This document shows, piece after piece, positions 39,860 through 52,830 of a stretch of 64,000 bases of DNA. Under the pieces are notes generated by a model. That model saw only the letters and a list, made by a program, of their open reading frames with translations. It ran no database searches and had not been told where the DNA came from. Position numbers and translations under genes: made by a program. Numbering within the stretch: position 1 is the stretch's first letter; each line of letters starts with the position of its first letter. This DNA comes from Tubulanus polymorphus (lineage: Eukaryota > Animalia > Nemertea), in the NCBI RefSeq assembly GCF_964204645.1, contig NC_134027.1, positions 25,506,560 through 25,570,559 on the forward strand. Reading direction: 5' to 3'.

Positions 39860-41463
39860 ATGGAAACTACGGTTGACGCGATTCGAGACGTTATTTCAAC
39901 GAGATTGAGAGAGAAACAGGATTCGGAACTGCCGCAGTATACGGTGAGAGAGGTCGGTAAACATTGTAGCATGGATTCGTGTTGGATTATTGTGCACGAT
40001 AAAGTTTACAACGTCACCGAGTTCGTATCGAAAGTAAGTTTCATCTACGACTACGCGCGTTTCGTTTGTTCGTTTTTAAACCCTTTGAAATAATTGCGCA
40101 ATTATTAAGCGTTAGACAGCAGGGTCCAGTTCCACAGTTCTGGGCCCAGTTTCACAAAAAGGATTAAAGCCTAAATCGATTCAAGATAAACTGAATTAAT
40201 GAAGAAATTAAATCGATTTAAGAGTTAAACCTTTTTGTGAAACTGGGCCCAGAGTTAAGATTTGACCCTGGGTTAAAACATTGAAAATTAACTAAGTTTA
40301 ACTCAGAGTTAACTCTAACTCACAACTGTGGAACTGGGTCCTGGGGACAGATCGATGTGAAAATCTGTGAAAAATCAGGAAAATGCGTGAAAAATTTGAG
40401 AAAAATATTTTCGTCCACTTTTCATGCCATCGTCGATACCTTCTCAGAATTTATGCACAAGTTGAGTAAAGAGTTTAAGAAATTTCATCTTATTCCGTGC
40501 TGATTGACACAATTTCGGAGATATTTTATCTATTTAGAAATAAACGTTCAGTAGGGGCTTAGCGCTTGTCAAAAATCCGTAAGCGTAAAAAAACAATTGA
40601 AGAATGGCGTTCAAAAACTTGTCGGTTGAGGGTCCGTTTTTAGGCTTTGATGAATAAAATTTCCCTTATTTTACAATCACAAGCAAAGGAAACTTTGTCT
40701 GGAATTTTGAATACTTTCTCACTGAATTGTGGCCAATAATGTTGTCCACAATTTCTACATCCTAAGCTGTGAATAGTCGTAGCTTATTAAACGTTTTGAC
40801 CTGCTGATTATAAGAAGGAGCTCACAATCAAATCAAAGAGCGTAAAAAAAGGACGAAATATATTTTTCCTTTCGAATATTTTTAGCATCCCGGTGGTGTG
40901 GAGATAATTCTGGAAAGTGCTGGATACGACGCGACGATCCCGTTCAAGTATAAAGGTCACTCGGATCACGCTTACGAGATGCTCGAAAAATACCTCATAG
41001 GAATCATAGTCGAGGTACGAAATTCATTCTGTCGGTCGGTTAGAATATTGCGGGCAAACTTTAAAATTCAGCCCGAGTTCGTTACGAATCTGAACCCGGT
41101 TCAACAGTTGTCTGTTTGAATTCGACACCAGAATCCAGAGTTCAACTCCAGAAATTCGAGAAATCAAAATCAAAATTTTTAAAAAGAATCTTTTAATCAT
41201 TTCTCTTAACTGATGAAAGGGTCTATAAACTATCAGCCAGATTCTTTTGACTAAAAGAACACAGTCAAAACATTTGCAATATGTTTCACTGTGACCTTGT
41301 AGAGTTTTCTTTCCCTTTTGTGCGTGTATGAAAATGTGCAAATTTAATCGTGCATATTTTCATCTTTTTGTATAGAATCTTAACATGAAATGAATTTGAA
41401 CTTGAAGTTCTAATCGGTTAGTTCAATTCTATATTTCAGAACGAACGCGTTGAGAAAGATTAG
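39860..41463 (+). CDS. Cytochrome b5 heme-binding domain protein, 108 aa, no C-terminal membrane anchor
   Basis: Exons 39860-40033, 40886-41014, 41440-41463. Translation [65 protein letters not shown] contains both heme-ligand histidines (HPGG, GHS). Confidence 0.9.
40122..40342. mobile_element. Nested MITEs: a GGCCCAGTTTCAC element (40143-40249) inserted in a GGGTCCAGTTCCACAG element
   Basis: Inner CTG|GGCCCAGTTTCACAAAAAGG...CCTTTTTGTGAAACTGGGCC|CAG splits the host consensus ccacagttctgagttaag. Outer TIR is cagttccacagtt / aactgtggaactg. Confidence 0.85.
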
Positions 41464-44400
41464 GCAGCAGAAGTTCAAAAAGAATTGCGTAATATCTCGA
41501 CAAATCTCCACGAATGAAAATGAAGTATTGCACGTTGATCTCCACTGAAGAAACGAGTGTGTTTTGGTTTGTGTTCATCGACGTTCGTTGTAAAGGAATT
41601 GAGACTTTGCATTTTGTGTTTTTGTTTAACAGAAAGATTTCACATGAAAATGTTATTGAATTGTGCCGATTTTCTTACCATTGAAATAGGATGTATTTAT
41701 ATTTATTGCGTGCTTATAGCAGAATGACTTGGAAAATGAGCTTTAAAGCCCAGATTCGCTCTGATTGGTTTATTCCTGATGATATTTGTACTATATATGT
41801 TGTTTATATTTTGTAAATATTAGAAACTGAAAAGAATTAGGAGTAGAGGTGGTTTGAGTATCTGTAAGCTGGACCCGAATGAGGGGTTCTAATTTGATTC
41901 TCGAACTTTCGAAATAGGTCGTTTTTCGATGATTAAGATCTTGAGTCGGTCAAAAACAGGATACTTACAAGTAGTAACTGGAATTTCCAGGACCGCGGCG
42001 CTAGAATGTCAAGTATATAGTTAATGTAAACATTGTAGATATACGGATTTAGCAGATTAGAAGGTGTCTTTGAACCAGTGATTGATCTTATCGGAATACG
42101 AGTTAGGCAACGAGATATCTTTTGATATTTTTGATATGAATTGTGTGCTAATTATAGGTATAGTTATTATCATTACGTAATGATAGCTTGTTAGGGAGTG
42201 TGTAGATTATTTGAGTGATCAGCAGTGACGAACATTGGTTTCATGAGAATTGAGTAGCATCGATAACTAATGGTTCATGTTTATTCATTATTTGAGGTCT
42301 CTCGGTCTCTCATCATGCCCTGAGAGTTTATGGCTTTGAATCCAGTTGGCAGCGGAGTATTTCTTAGTTAAATGATCTTCCTGGCCTCTCTCCCTTGTAA
42401 GAGGGAATAATAAACCTTAAATCTGCTTATACTGCCCTGAGTGGAGCTCAGCGGGTTGCTTAGAATGCTTCGAGTGTTGTGAGATCAAAACAATAACGAT
42501 ATCTTTAGTTTTCAAGTACCGGTACCTGTTATTCCTGAAAGTGAACCGGCTTGTAAAATATATGTCGAATTATGAGTACTCACCGACCTATTTATCTAAA
42601 TATTATCTAAGATTTATCGAAGAAAAGTTGATGTTATTTGATTTTCAGTTTTGAGTAAACACACTGAAGAGGGTCTTGTGATTTTCAAGGTTAACATGTT
42701 ATTTAGTGGATTTCTATTGTCTTGTCGATTGTTGTACAGATTGATTAGGTCTGCCAGGAATAAATCATGGGATCGAGCCAGTTGTGTTTCCCACTTAATT
42801 ATGTCTTGTAATTGATAAACGAATGTTTTTAATTAATCTAAATTTGTTACGATTATTTTGTATTGTTTATAACCTGTAGTTTTGGAAAAGTAAATATAAT
42901 TGATTATAAGTGACTTTATTCAGGTTTTTGGAATTTTTTTTTTCCTTTTTGAAAGCAAATATGTCGGAGAAGATTTCTTCTACCGAATAAGGTCTGAGTA
43001 AAGGAAGATGTAGGTCGACCTGCGACATGACCGGTTGTAAATGGGACTAGTCCTTCGACTGTAATGCAATCATCAGCAACAGTGACTGACTAGTCTTTGT
43101 CAGTCAAGAGTTACTCATTGAAAATGAACTAATTAAAACAAGAGTTGGCTTAAACTCAAAACTATGGAATCGGATTCAGATGGTATCTATCACTGAAGAT
43201 GGAATTTAGAAATTTTTATATCTGAAACTTGATGAACATCATCACTTCCATTTCAATCCATGCTTCACTGTCATCCACCAATGTCTCCTTTACGTACTTC
43301 AGTATTTTTAATTTTTTCCATCGACTCTTGATTTTAGAGTACATGTTTGCACCGAGTTGGGTAAAGATGGCATGAACAACAATTACCATATACAGGTCAA
43401 TTGTTCATCTAAACGAAAGTTTTATTAAGACCTAACCAGGGTACTCATTACACTTCCCTGATCTAACCAACCATGGTTCAATTGCTCAAGAGGTCTTCAG
43501 CTGACGTAATTATTTATTTGCCAAATAGTACCTGGAGACTCGCTATACTTAACAACTGAAGATAATCAGGGGATTTACAAACTTGAGGGTCTATAGTGTA
43601 GATTACATGTCGGGACCGGCTGAGAGACCTTGATCCAATGACTTCTATACGCTTAAAATCCTCGACAGCTTCGCACAAACACCAAACAACAAATATTGTC
43701 TTTATTTATCTATATAAATTCATTTATTCCGATAAAGATTTTTTATTCCAAAACAGTTTTATAATTATGGCATTCATGTTTAAAGCTTCAGTGAGACATT
43801 CATTTAAGGTGCTAACTGTTTACATACAGGTTACACGTATATCGAAAAACGAAAATTCTTTCATTGAAATGAATGGCAGTACAGTGCATATAAGCGTGCT
43901 TTCTATTGAGGTAAAACATTGTCAACAGCCAGAGCCCCCATGTGGCCATTGCATACACTTAAATTTTTGAATAACATCAAAAAATGTCACACCACAGAAA
44001 AAGTCTATGGGTACAATGCTGCTTCAGTTGCTAAGGGTTTCAGCATGATAGCACCTCCTATACCCCAGTCATCATCACTACAAGGCAGATCCAGTGTTCC
44101 CAAATTGCCAAAAAACCTGAACAGTAAAAATTCAACATTTGATTCACAGACATTGGAAAACTGACCGATTCGACTAGCTACTGCAAAACTGAAATGGACG
44201 AGTTCAATTAGTCCTAAGTTCCTCATCTCAAGAGTCAATATGGAAATGGTCAGGACCCAGTGCCGCAGTTTTGAGTTAGAGTTAACTCAAGTTAAAGTTA
44301 GTTTATTTTCAATAATTAACTGTGGAACTGGACCCTGAACATCACTGCGTTTGCCTCACAGCCGATTGCCCAAGATTATCACTCCGGAATTCACTTGCTG

Positions 44401-45622
44401 CCATGGAGAAAATTCATTGGTCTTGCAAGATCTGCAGCAAGTGCGGTCTACTGTGCAGTTATCTTCAGAAAGGTATCGTACATTTCGATAATCGGGTATC
44501 ATCAGTGACAAACAATGAGACTTCAACTTTGCACTGATACCTTAGTGTTATACAAGCCTGTATAACCCCATAAAATTGAGACTCAACGAAAAAAATCGTA
44601 TGAACCAAACACCATTATTCAAAATATCAAATAAACAAATACATTTTAAAATCTACATCACAAAACCAATAATCAACTACATATATAATATAATATGGGT
44701 GGGTGCTACTTATATTTAATATCAGTCAAATTATTGCTTAACTCAAATGACGACGTTCTGGTAGGGAGTCGCTTTAAAAAATGTTCCCCAAAATGTTCCC
44801 ACATGGTTCACCGGTTCCACAGTTGTGGGGCGACGTTTGACTCCCGAATAAAACAACTGGCGATAAACTTATTTCAAAATAAAAATACCAGAGTGGAACT
44901 TAACTGTGGGTCTTCAGCTGTAGTCAGATCTAATATTATTACCAGTATCAACTACGGTAAGTGGAGATTTTGCCTATTTGGTATTATTTCAATGAACGCT
45001 ACTTCAAGATACTATACATGGAAATTCCAAATGGTAATTTTTCAAAGTTTAGGTTTGAGTAAGAAATTAGGGTTAGGATTCAGATTTAGGATAACACTTA
45101 AGGGTTAAGGATCAGGGTTAGGGCTACAGGGCCAAAAAATCTCTTTGAATAGGGTGGATTAGAGAAAAGTGACTCCATAATTGAATATTTCCATGAAATG
45201 CCTATATACCATTATTTTTGATGATTTGAAAAAGATTTCTTTGGTTATCCTTCAATACAATGAAAAATGGATTAGAAATCGATGTTTTAGTTCAACTGCC
45301 CATATTTGATCATCCTATTATGACCTATATCGGGTATTTACTACTAAAACTGACTGAGCTAGGCCACCCGACATCCTCTCCAGGTCACATAGACATTAAA
45401 ACCGATGATCTAGTTAGTAGTAGAATGCTGCAAAATCCTAATTTTTCAGTTATTTCTCTCTGATACTATAAGTCCGATACTGAATGCCGGTGACCAATCA
45501 GAAAGAGCTATAGGCAAATTAACATTTACAGGAATAATACCATATCGGTAAAATATCCACTTCCTATGATCAAAGCCTTCACGAAGATGATTTTTGATTG
45601 TAGTTCACATCTTCTATTGACG

Positions 45623-48600
45623 TCAGTGAGATTTCTGCGGTTTTTTAAACAAAAGGCCCAATTTCGGTAAAACGAACCAACTGAATATCAAAATCATCCC
45701 GATCAAATAAGTCCATATCACAGTGTCTTCGCGCGGCAGGAAACATTTAGTGACTTCAAAATTATCACTGGTGACAGTTGCCTGAAAAAAGGAATTTAGA
45801 TGCTCTTCATTTTCTTCTCTACGAAATAAACTTGAACTCATTCTTATTATATCTACATCAGAGCTGGAGAAAATTTGAAAATTCTAAAAAATTCCACCCT
45901 AGTGTGTTGAACAACGGGAATACCACTATAGTGCATCTATACTGTGGTGCGGTGTATCGTTAGTTACTAGTATTTCACTATGTTTGACACTTGCTGCCAT
46001 TTTTCAATAGAGATAATTACTAATTACTAATTACATCAATACACCGCAGTGCGGTGTACTAGCAAAATCCATCACTGATTTATACACCGCACTGCGGTGT
46101 AGACGCACTGAAAGGGTTAAGAGGGTGTAAAATAATGATATTATTACCAGTAAAAATGCAGGCTGTATTTTATTTCTCCAGCTGTACGACGCTATAGTCC
46201 ATTCAGGAATGATGTGATTGTTTACTCTGTGCGTTGAGAAGCACCCGTGATGAGTATGGCCGGACATCACGATTCTAGGATCCAACATTGTTAATAACTA
46301 AAAATAAAACAAAACTTACAACTCTGGAACTGGATCCAGATGCAAATTAAACCCAGACAACTGTGGAACTGGATTCAGAGTAAAATTCAACATAGACAAA
46401 TTTTAGTGTTAGTTACATCATTTCATACCATCTGATTTAATATGGTACATGCTATGGTTTTTTGGGATCCTCAACTGAGCTAGAAAGGGTAACTGCTGAC
46501 TGATGAACTTGGTCCAGAGTCAAATTAAACCCACACAACTGTGGGACTGAATTCAGAATCAAATTAAACCCACACATCTGTGGAACTGGATCCAGAGTTA
46601 AAGTAAACCCATTCAATTGTAGAACTGGGTGCATAGTCAAATTAAACCCACACAACTGTAGAACTGTATTCAGAGTTTATCAAACCCACGAAACTGTGGA
46701 ACTAGATCCAGAGTCCAATTTTTACCCGCACAACTGTGGAACTGGATAAAAACTTAAATGAACAAGTTATGAAATACTAAGGTTGATTTTCGGTACCTTT
46801 TTCGTAGCATCTTTTGAAAGGCAATCCCATTTTGGTTTAAAAGGTATTGATTTTTCACTAGGTGGAGGTGCGTCTAAACCTGTGCAGTTATAATCTGAAG
46901 GTCGATATAATGGAAAATGCTGAAAACGAAACGGAATTCATGAAACCAGTTTTTACATCAACGCAAAGCGATTTAGTTTTAATGAATTAAGGTATAACTA
47001 CCTGCAATAAAATAGGCCTTGTATACTGCATAGGTTTAAAACGGGAACATTCTCCTTCAGTGGAATGAATCTAAAATAGAGAAGTACAGTTCTATCAATA
47101 AAATCTACTGCCTACTTAGACTTTAAAAAAAATAAAAAAATAAAACCACAATCAAAGCAAAATTGTAAGAGGATTTTGACGTTTCAACTTTTCAACATTT
47201 TAGCTAGATAAAATCCTAGATACAGAATTTGTGAATCTTTCATTGAAATGACTACTTACTTTAGCACAGTTAAGTCTTTTATGTATTGCTAAAAGTTTTT
47301 CTTGAGCGTCTTTGCACAAGAAACAGCCGTCGTTTTCGAAAGCCATACTATTTACAAGAATGAACAGATTGCCTTCTATATCTAACATCCGCACAGACGG
47401 AGCACTGAACGACTCTTTAAATCGTTTATATTTGTGTCGAGTTGTGCTGAAATTAAAACCGTCTTCAATAAGTTCAAGTTCAAGGAGAGAAAAAATACAA
47501 ACAACAAAATTTACAATTTTTCAACAAAGACGACCATGAAAAGAGCAAAAGAAAAGTAGCTTTTCGTGTGCGTCAACAAAGTTTGGCCATCGCTAAATTT
47601 CTTAGAGATCGAGAGAGAATAGACCGTATGCGCACTTACTCGTAATGAAAGCCGATATCGTGGTTGCCGGCGACGACGTGTAAAGTCGTCTGCTCACCGT
47701 GACGAAACATTCTGCCGAATCGTTCAACATGGTATTTAAATTCATCATCATCGCACCATTTACCCTCATCCAATACATCACCTGAAAATATCAAAAATTT
47801 AGTTCTTATTGAGGTCCTGTAGGGCCAGATTCTTGTTGAGGTCCTGTAGGGCCAGATTCTTATTGAGGTCTTGTAGGGCCAGATTCTAATTTGAGGTCTT
47901 TCAGGCCCAGATTCTTGTAAAGCCCTGTGGGCCCAGAGTTTGTTACATCATTTCATACCATCTGATTCAATATGGTACACGCTATCCTCTACTGAGCTAG
48001 AAAAGGTTACTGCTGATGAATGGGTCTAAATGAAATGATGGTACCACGTACTCAAATACTTGGTTGGATTGAATTATTGTTCGACAGATTATTTCATTGC
48101 ATGAATTAGCTAGCAGGTCCAGTAGGCAGGTTTCGATTGGTCTATTTCGATTTTAGAATTATCTTCTGGCATGTATAACCTGATAGAAGCGGCCGGTAGC
48201 ATTTGTAATCCGGAATTTACATTCCTAAACCAGAATAAGTTCAATTGAAACCTGCCTAAAAAAAATGTTTTTTTCAAATTTCAAACAGATTTGATTGAAG
48301 ATGAATAACTCCGCATACCGAGTAGAAATACCGTATCCGGATTATGCAATAACATTGTCGACTGAAACGACCTTTCCATTTGCCATTCCCTAAAAAAAAC
48401 AGAAATCATTCAAATAGTTACTTTAGCCTGTCTCCTAATCACAGTCAGGTAATTTTGTAAACCACAGTACAAATTGTTATCAGTTTATTTCTATAGCTGC
48501 CGGGTCTGTCATAGTAAGCTAGATGATGATTTTATAAAAAGTAATGTACAGGGTAGATAGGCGGATCGGGTCAACTTTACAGCTCAGCATCAAGGAGAAA

Positions 48601-48967
48601 TCAGGTATCAATATCTTAACTCTCCTTTTTCTCATTTTTTTGCAGGTCCAAGCTTTACAACGTAACACTGGGAGTATTGAAATACACACCTGCGCAATTT
48701 ATCAAACCAGTGGCCGCGTCTAAAACCCAACAGATGCGTATCAGCTAGGAACAGAATCCGCAGCGGTTTCGCAGAACCTTTCGGCATCATGACGTCGACA
48801 TTTCCCAATTGTAATTCCGGCCACGAACATTGAAGCAAAACGACGTAGTAAATGAGGAACTCGCAGAAAAATACCAACAGCCCGATCGGAAGTAGTAATT
48901 TGAATAATTGACGCCACTGGCAACTGATCACCATAATGACGTAAAGCCTTCTCAACCAGCGTTTCAT
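45623..48967 (-). CDS. MPPE1: Metallophosphoesterase 1 (PGAP5, GPI remodelling), about 392 aa, 8 coding exons
   Basis: Exons 48690-48967, 48319-48389, 47640-47781, 47260-47446, 47002-47070, 46797-46919, 46148-46297, 45623-45781 (1179 nt). Motifs ADTHLLG, GHWFDKLRREWQM, GDVLDEGKW, AGNHDIGFHY, LQHFPLYR, SGHTHHGC; N- and C-terminal hydrophobic segments. Confidence 0.95.
45862..46116. mobile_element. piggyBac-type MITE, truncated
   Basis: Reverse-complement match to 30623-30904; ends GCACTGAAAGGG|TTAA. Confidence 0.75.
46320..46747. repeat. 39-bp minisatellite (inverse of the 37444 array), interrupted by another small element
   Basis: Unit cacaactgtggaactggatccagagtcaaattaaaccca. Confidence 0.85.
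47803..47940. repeat. 27-bp minisatellite
   Basis: Unit gggccagattcttattgaggtcctgta, about 5 decaying copies. Confidence 0.8.
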
Positions 48968-49928
48968 TAATCAGCAAATTCTCACGCCTTTAAACAACTG
49001 AAATAGACAAAATAAAATTGCATCGTAGAAAAATTAACTAAATATTGTTATTAATTAAAGTCCGCGAACCGCGTTTTACGCAATACCGACTATTAAGCCA
49101 TCTGGAAACTTCAGATCAAGAGAATTTCAGCCGTTCCCGCGGAACTTTAACATTTTTGACGAGAAATCGAATTGGCAATAGTTGTCACAGAGAAATTACC
49201 AACCTTTCAGTTCATAATCGGGTTGAATTTAAACTTATGTGGCGTTAGAACGTCATCCGTGAAATCGGTCGCAACAGGTAGTGCCGTCTATGAATCCTAG
49301 TCCTCGTTTTAGTGCCAAACCCGGAAATAAATTAAATTATATTGACGGATTTTCCACTACTGTGAAATGAATTCTCGTAAGTTTAATCGCTGTAAAGCTG
49401 GTTTGATGTTTCTAGAATAGTTAGAGTGAATTTAATCGTTGTTTATTAAAGCTGCAGACGTCGTGGAAACCGATATGAAAAACAACGTCGGATAATTGCA
49501 CTTGGACTGACAGTAGTGACGTGACCAGGTGACACTGTCACTCACTCACTAGTCACTGTCACTGATAAAAAGTTTATTTACGTCCCTCAAGTCAGTGATT
49601 AGTCTGAATACCAGATGATGTCTGGTGGGTGCAATGTTATTTGAGAACGAGAACTACATTTTGACCAGATCTGTGTTTCACTTTTTTTGGTTTATTAGTT
49701 TCACGTTCGGATATTTTTGAAGCCTAGTATTCCTCTAGTAGTAGAGTCTAGTATTTTTCTGTCCTTCGTTTTAGGGGAAAACACACAACGTCCTGTACAC
49801 TGTACACAGGGACTGAGTTAGTACCAACGCACTCCCAGGACTCGAGCTACAACCGGCCTCTCTAACCAGTCCCCACCACCATCTCGATTATAGGGAGTCA
49901 CGAAAGAAATTTGTATTTGATATTGCAG

Positions 49929-50127
49929 GTGGGCTGTAGAGCTAGAATACAATGACTGCATCATGAATAGATAGTGGTTCATTTAACCTGTTACCCAGCA
50001 GCAGCAGCAGCAGCAGCAGCAACAACACATACATCATTAACATTCCACTAATAATTCCACTAAAACTCCAGAAAATTGAAGATCCAAAACTCAAGAGCAC
50101 TTTGGAGTCTTTAATCTGTCTATTGTG
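49929..50127 (+). other. Candidate non-coding 5'UTR exon of GRAMD4 containing (CAG)8
   Basis: Acceptor tattgcag| at 49928, donor GTG|gtaagt at 50128, CAG run at about 49996-50020. The coding exon at 55149 needs an upstream exon. Confidence 0.4.
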
Positions 50128-52611
50128 GTAAGTAGTTTCTTTTCGGATTAAACCATTTCATTCCTGGTAATCAACTAAGTAATCTATGATATAGGCCCTA
50201 AATAATCCTACTGGGCCCAGTTTGACGAAAAGTTAAAATCTTTAATTCGTGGTTTAATATTTTCAATGAGGACAACAATTCGAATGAAACCATTTTAAGC
50301 TTCATCTTTTTCATGAAACATGGTGACATTTTCTGTGTGAATCAAGATTAATTAGATGCATTATTGTTTTTTTTTTAAAGTACCGTTTGGTTACCTAGTA
50401 TTTGTTTTCATGTAAACGGTTCACTGACCTTGGCGTTCTATTCATACCTACAAACCTTGTTCATTAAGGTCGCTTGAATCAGGTGATTATTTCGACCCAA
50501 TTAACGACCCGGTCTCTTGCCGATAAACATTCTTTTGAATTCGGTTTTACGCGAAAGTTTAGTTCACATTGAAAGTCGCTGAATTGCGAAATATTCTAAA
50601 AAGCGTGTCGTTTCCAACTACAATGACATTGATTTTATTGAATGGGGACTTCATATCATTCTTTGTCCAATGATTTTGGTTTTAGTAATTAGCTTTCCAG
50701 ATTACAGGATAGATCAGCTTTTCTTGCCCAATAAGGCATTTCCAGAAATTACAACATAACGCGATAACTTGGCCCACACGACAAGCTTTATAACTAATGG
50801 CAGGAAAATTTAGTTGTATTCACCTCAATTTTCATTCCTGAATTGACTTTAAATGTTACCGGTATATGGAAAATAATTGTCCGATAGAATGAAAATAAGT
50901 TATGTGTTTTCGAGAGTTATCAGTGTTATCGGACTGGATTAGATCTTCAGATTAGTAGATAAGTGTTGATGCTAAGCAGACGTTTCGTTGACTAATTGAC
51001 ATTTTTGCGCTATAGACCTGTGAACTTCTGCTCGTTGTTTTTCTCCTCAAGATGAAAGTTGATATCGTGAAGAAGTTATCGTCCTTGGATTGTTCGTTTT
51101 AAAGGGACTGCAGCCTTTGAAGCGTTTCGCGCACCGCGCTCGTTACGCAGCACTGGTAGCGAATTATCACCAGACAAATTTTTTTGTCTGAAAACTCCTC
51201 CGACTGACGGTGAAACCGGTGAGTTTAGAAGAAGCACACCGCACATCAGACAGCGTTTCATCTGTTTCCAATGATTTACACGCGGCGACTAATGACCGAA
51301 TCAGTGGCGTATCGCGAAATGTCATTTTGTTGATCAATAAAAATTGTCACGATGACGACGACGACGACGACGTCTGAAACTGTGTCTCGAATTCACAGAA
51401 CAGACGTCATTCCCCTCACCTGCTCTCTCTCTCTCCCTCTCTCCCACTCACTAGATCTCCCTCTCACTCCCTCTCACTTGTTCTTCCGCCAAACTATGAC
51501 TCTCTTTCTGACTTGCTCTCTCCCTCTCCCTATTACTCCCTCTTTCTTTGGCCTCGCTCCCTCTCCCTCTCCCCACTCCCTCCCCTCCCTCTCTTGCTTG
51601 CTATAATACCTCTATTTATCGTCAGTGAGACACTGATGACATTTTATCTGCGCTTGTTAATTCTCAATCAATAAGCGAAAATTCTTTCTCGTATTGTGTG
51701 TGAAATATCAATCAATGGAAGCTGCATTCATCGTACGGAGCGTTGATACGTCGATACGACATGATACGCGTATCTCAGCTCATTCAACAGTCAACAGACG
51801 TTTCACTATCATTCTACAACAAACTCTTGTAACCAGCAAACCTGACGACTCGAAATTTCATTAGAACACGTTTATTTTTCTACTGCGTTTAGGCCTATTG
51901 AATAATGTGCAAAAACATGTTTGAAACAGTATCAAAGTATCTGAAAAAAAATTTACTCCAAAATTAATGACATTTATTATGTGTGTGTTGGATTATTGGT
52001 CGCCATGAAAACGGTTTATGATTAAAATGGTTCAGTTTGAAATATTGTCCTCATCGAAAACACGAAGTGAACAGCAATGAAACCGGAACTTTGAGCGAAA
52101 ATTTTTCATGAAATGCAAAATATCGGAGGGAGGCAATAAGTTTAGATTAGTTCTCATCAACTGAATGAAACTAATCTTCATCGACTGTTTCTATGGCGTA
52201 ATGATGTATTTCAGTACTACTACAGTACTGTACCGGTACCGGTAATCAATCCTATTGATTGGCTTCGTCTAGACTAATACGCGCTAACTGCGTAATATAT
52301 GCCAGATTTGACTATAGATTTTTGATTTAGTTCATTTCGTAGTCGATAATTATCGGTTCGGATATTCATCGATAAAGCTTGTCTAGGGTCGGCGCGGCTG
52401 GCGATATTTTCACTTCGGTTCCCTCATTAAACAGATGCAGCTTTTTCTATTGTACAGATGTCTCTCTCATTGTGAAATATGAAAACTTAATCTACAGGAA
52501 CCAGTATCATATATATAGATGTACGTAGTATTGTTATCACTGCTGGAGGTAGGGCTTACATTATATTATACTATTGATAAAATACTAGATCTGTCTTAAG
52601 ACGATAATCTT

Positions 52612-52830
52612 TAGAAAATCACACAGTAATAACGAAAAAATAACGTAAAGTCGGAAAACGTTTCCTCGGACTAATATTTTATTCAACGTTTCGACTATAT
52701 TCTAATAGTCATCTTCAGTATTGCTGAAGATGTCTATAAGGATATAGTCGAAATGTTGAATAAACTACTAGCCCGAGGAAACAGTTTTGGACTCGATACT
52801 ATTTTTGCGCTATTATTGTGGGAATTTCTA
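52612..52830. mobile_element. Inverted-repeat element with two back-to-back hammerhead motifs (family C)
   Basis: Minus 52683-52718: CUGAAGA-u-gacuau-uagaau-auaguc-GAAA-CGUU. Plus 52724-52757: CUGAAGA-u-gucuau..auaguc-GAAA-UGUU. The arms extend about 100 bp. A degenerate relative lies at 62752-62858. Confidence 0.7.

Noticed and set aside
42290-42480. Possible SINE fragment downstream of cytochrome b5
   Set aside because: Only a degenerate B-box-like word and a weak match at about 43615-43640; insufficient to call.
45048-45125. TTAGGG-like repeats
   Set aside because: Few, degenerate units; low-complexity or transposon-associated rather than an interstitial telomere.
47941-48045. Sequence duplicated in two MPPE1 introns (also 46410-46510) with ANANNA and ACA motifs, suggesting an H/ACA snoRNA
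   Set aside because: It is bounded by inverted CATCATTTCAT termini and lacks a convincing first hairpin, so a small MITE is the better explanation. An Rfam or snoRNA scan would settle it.
51352-51606. 84-aa Ser/Leu/Pro-rich ORF
   Set aside because: Arises from (GAC)n and CT-rich low-complexity intronic sequence.
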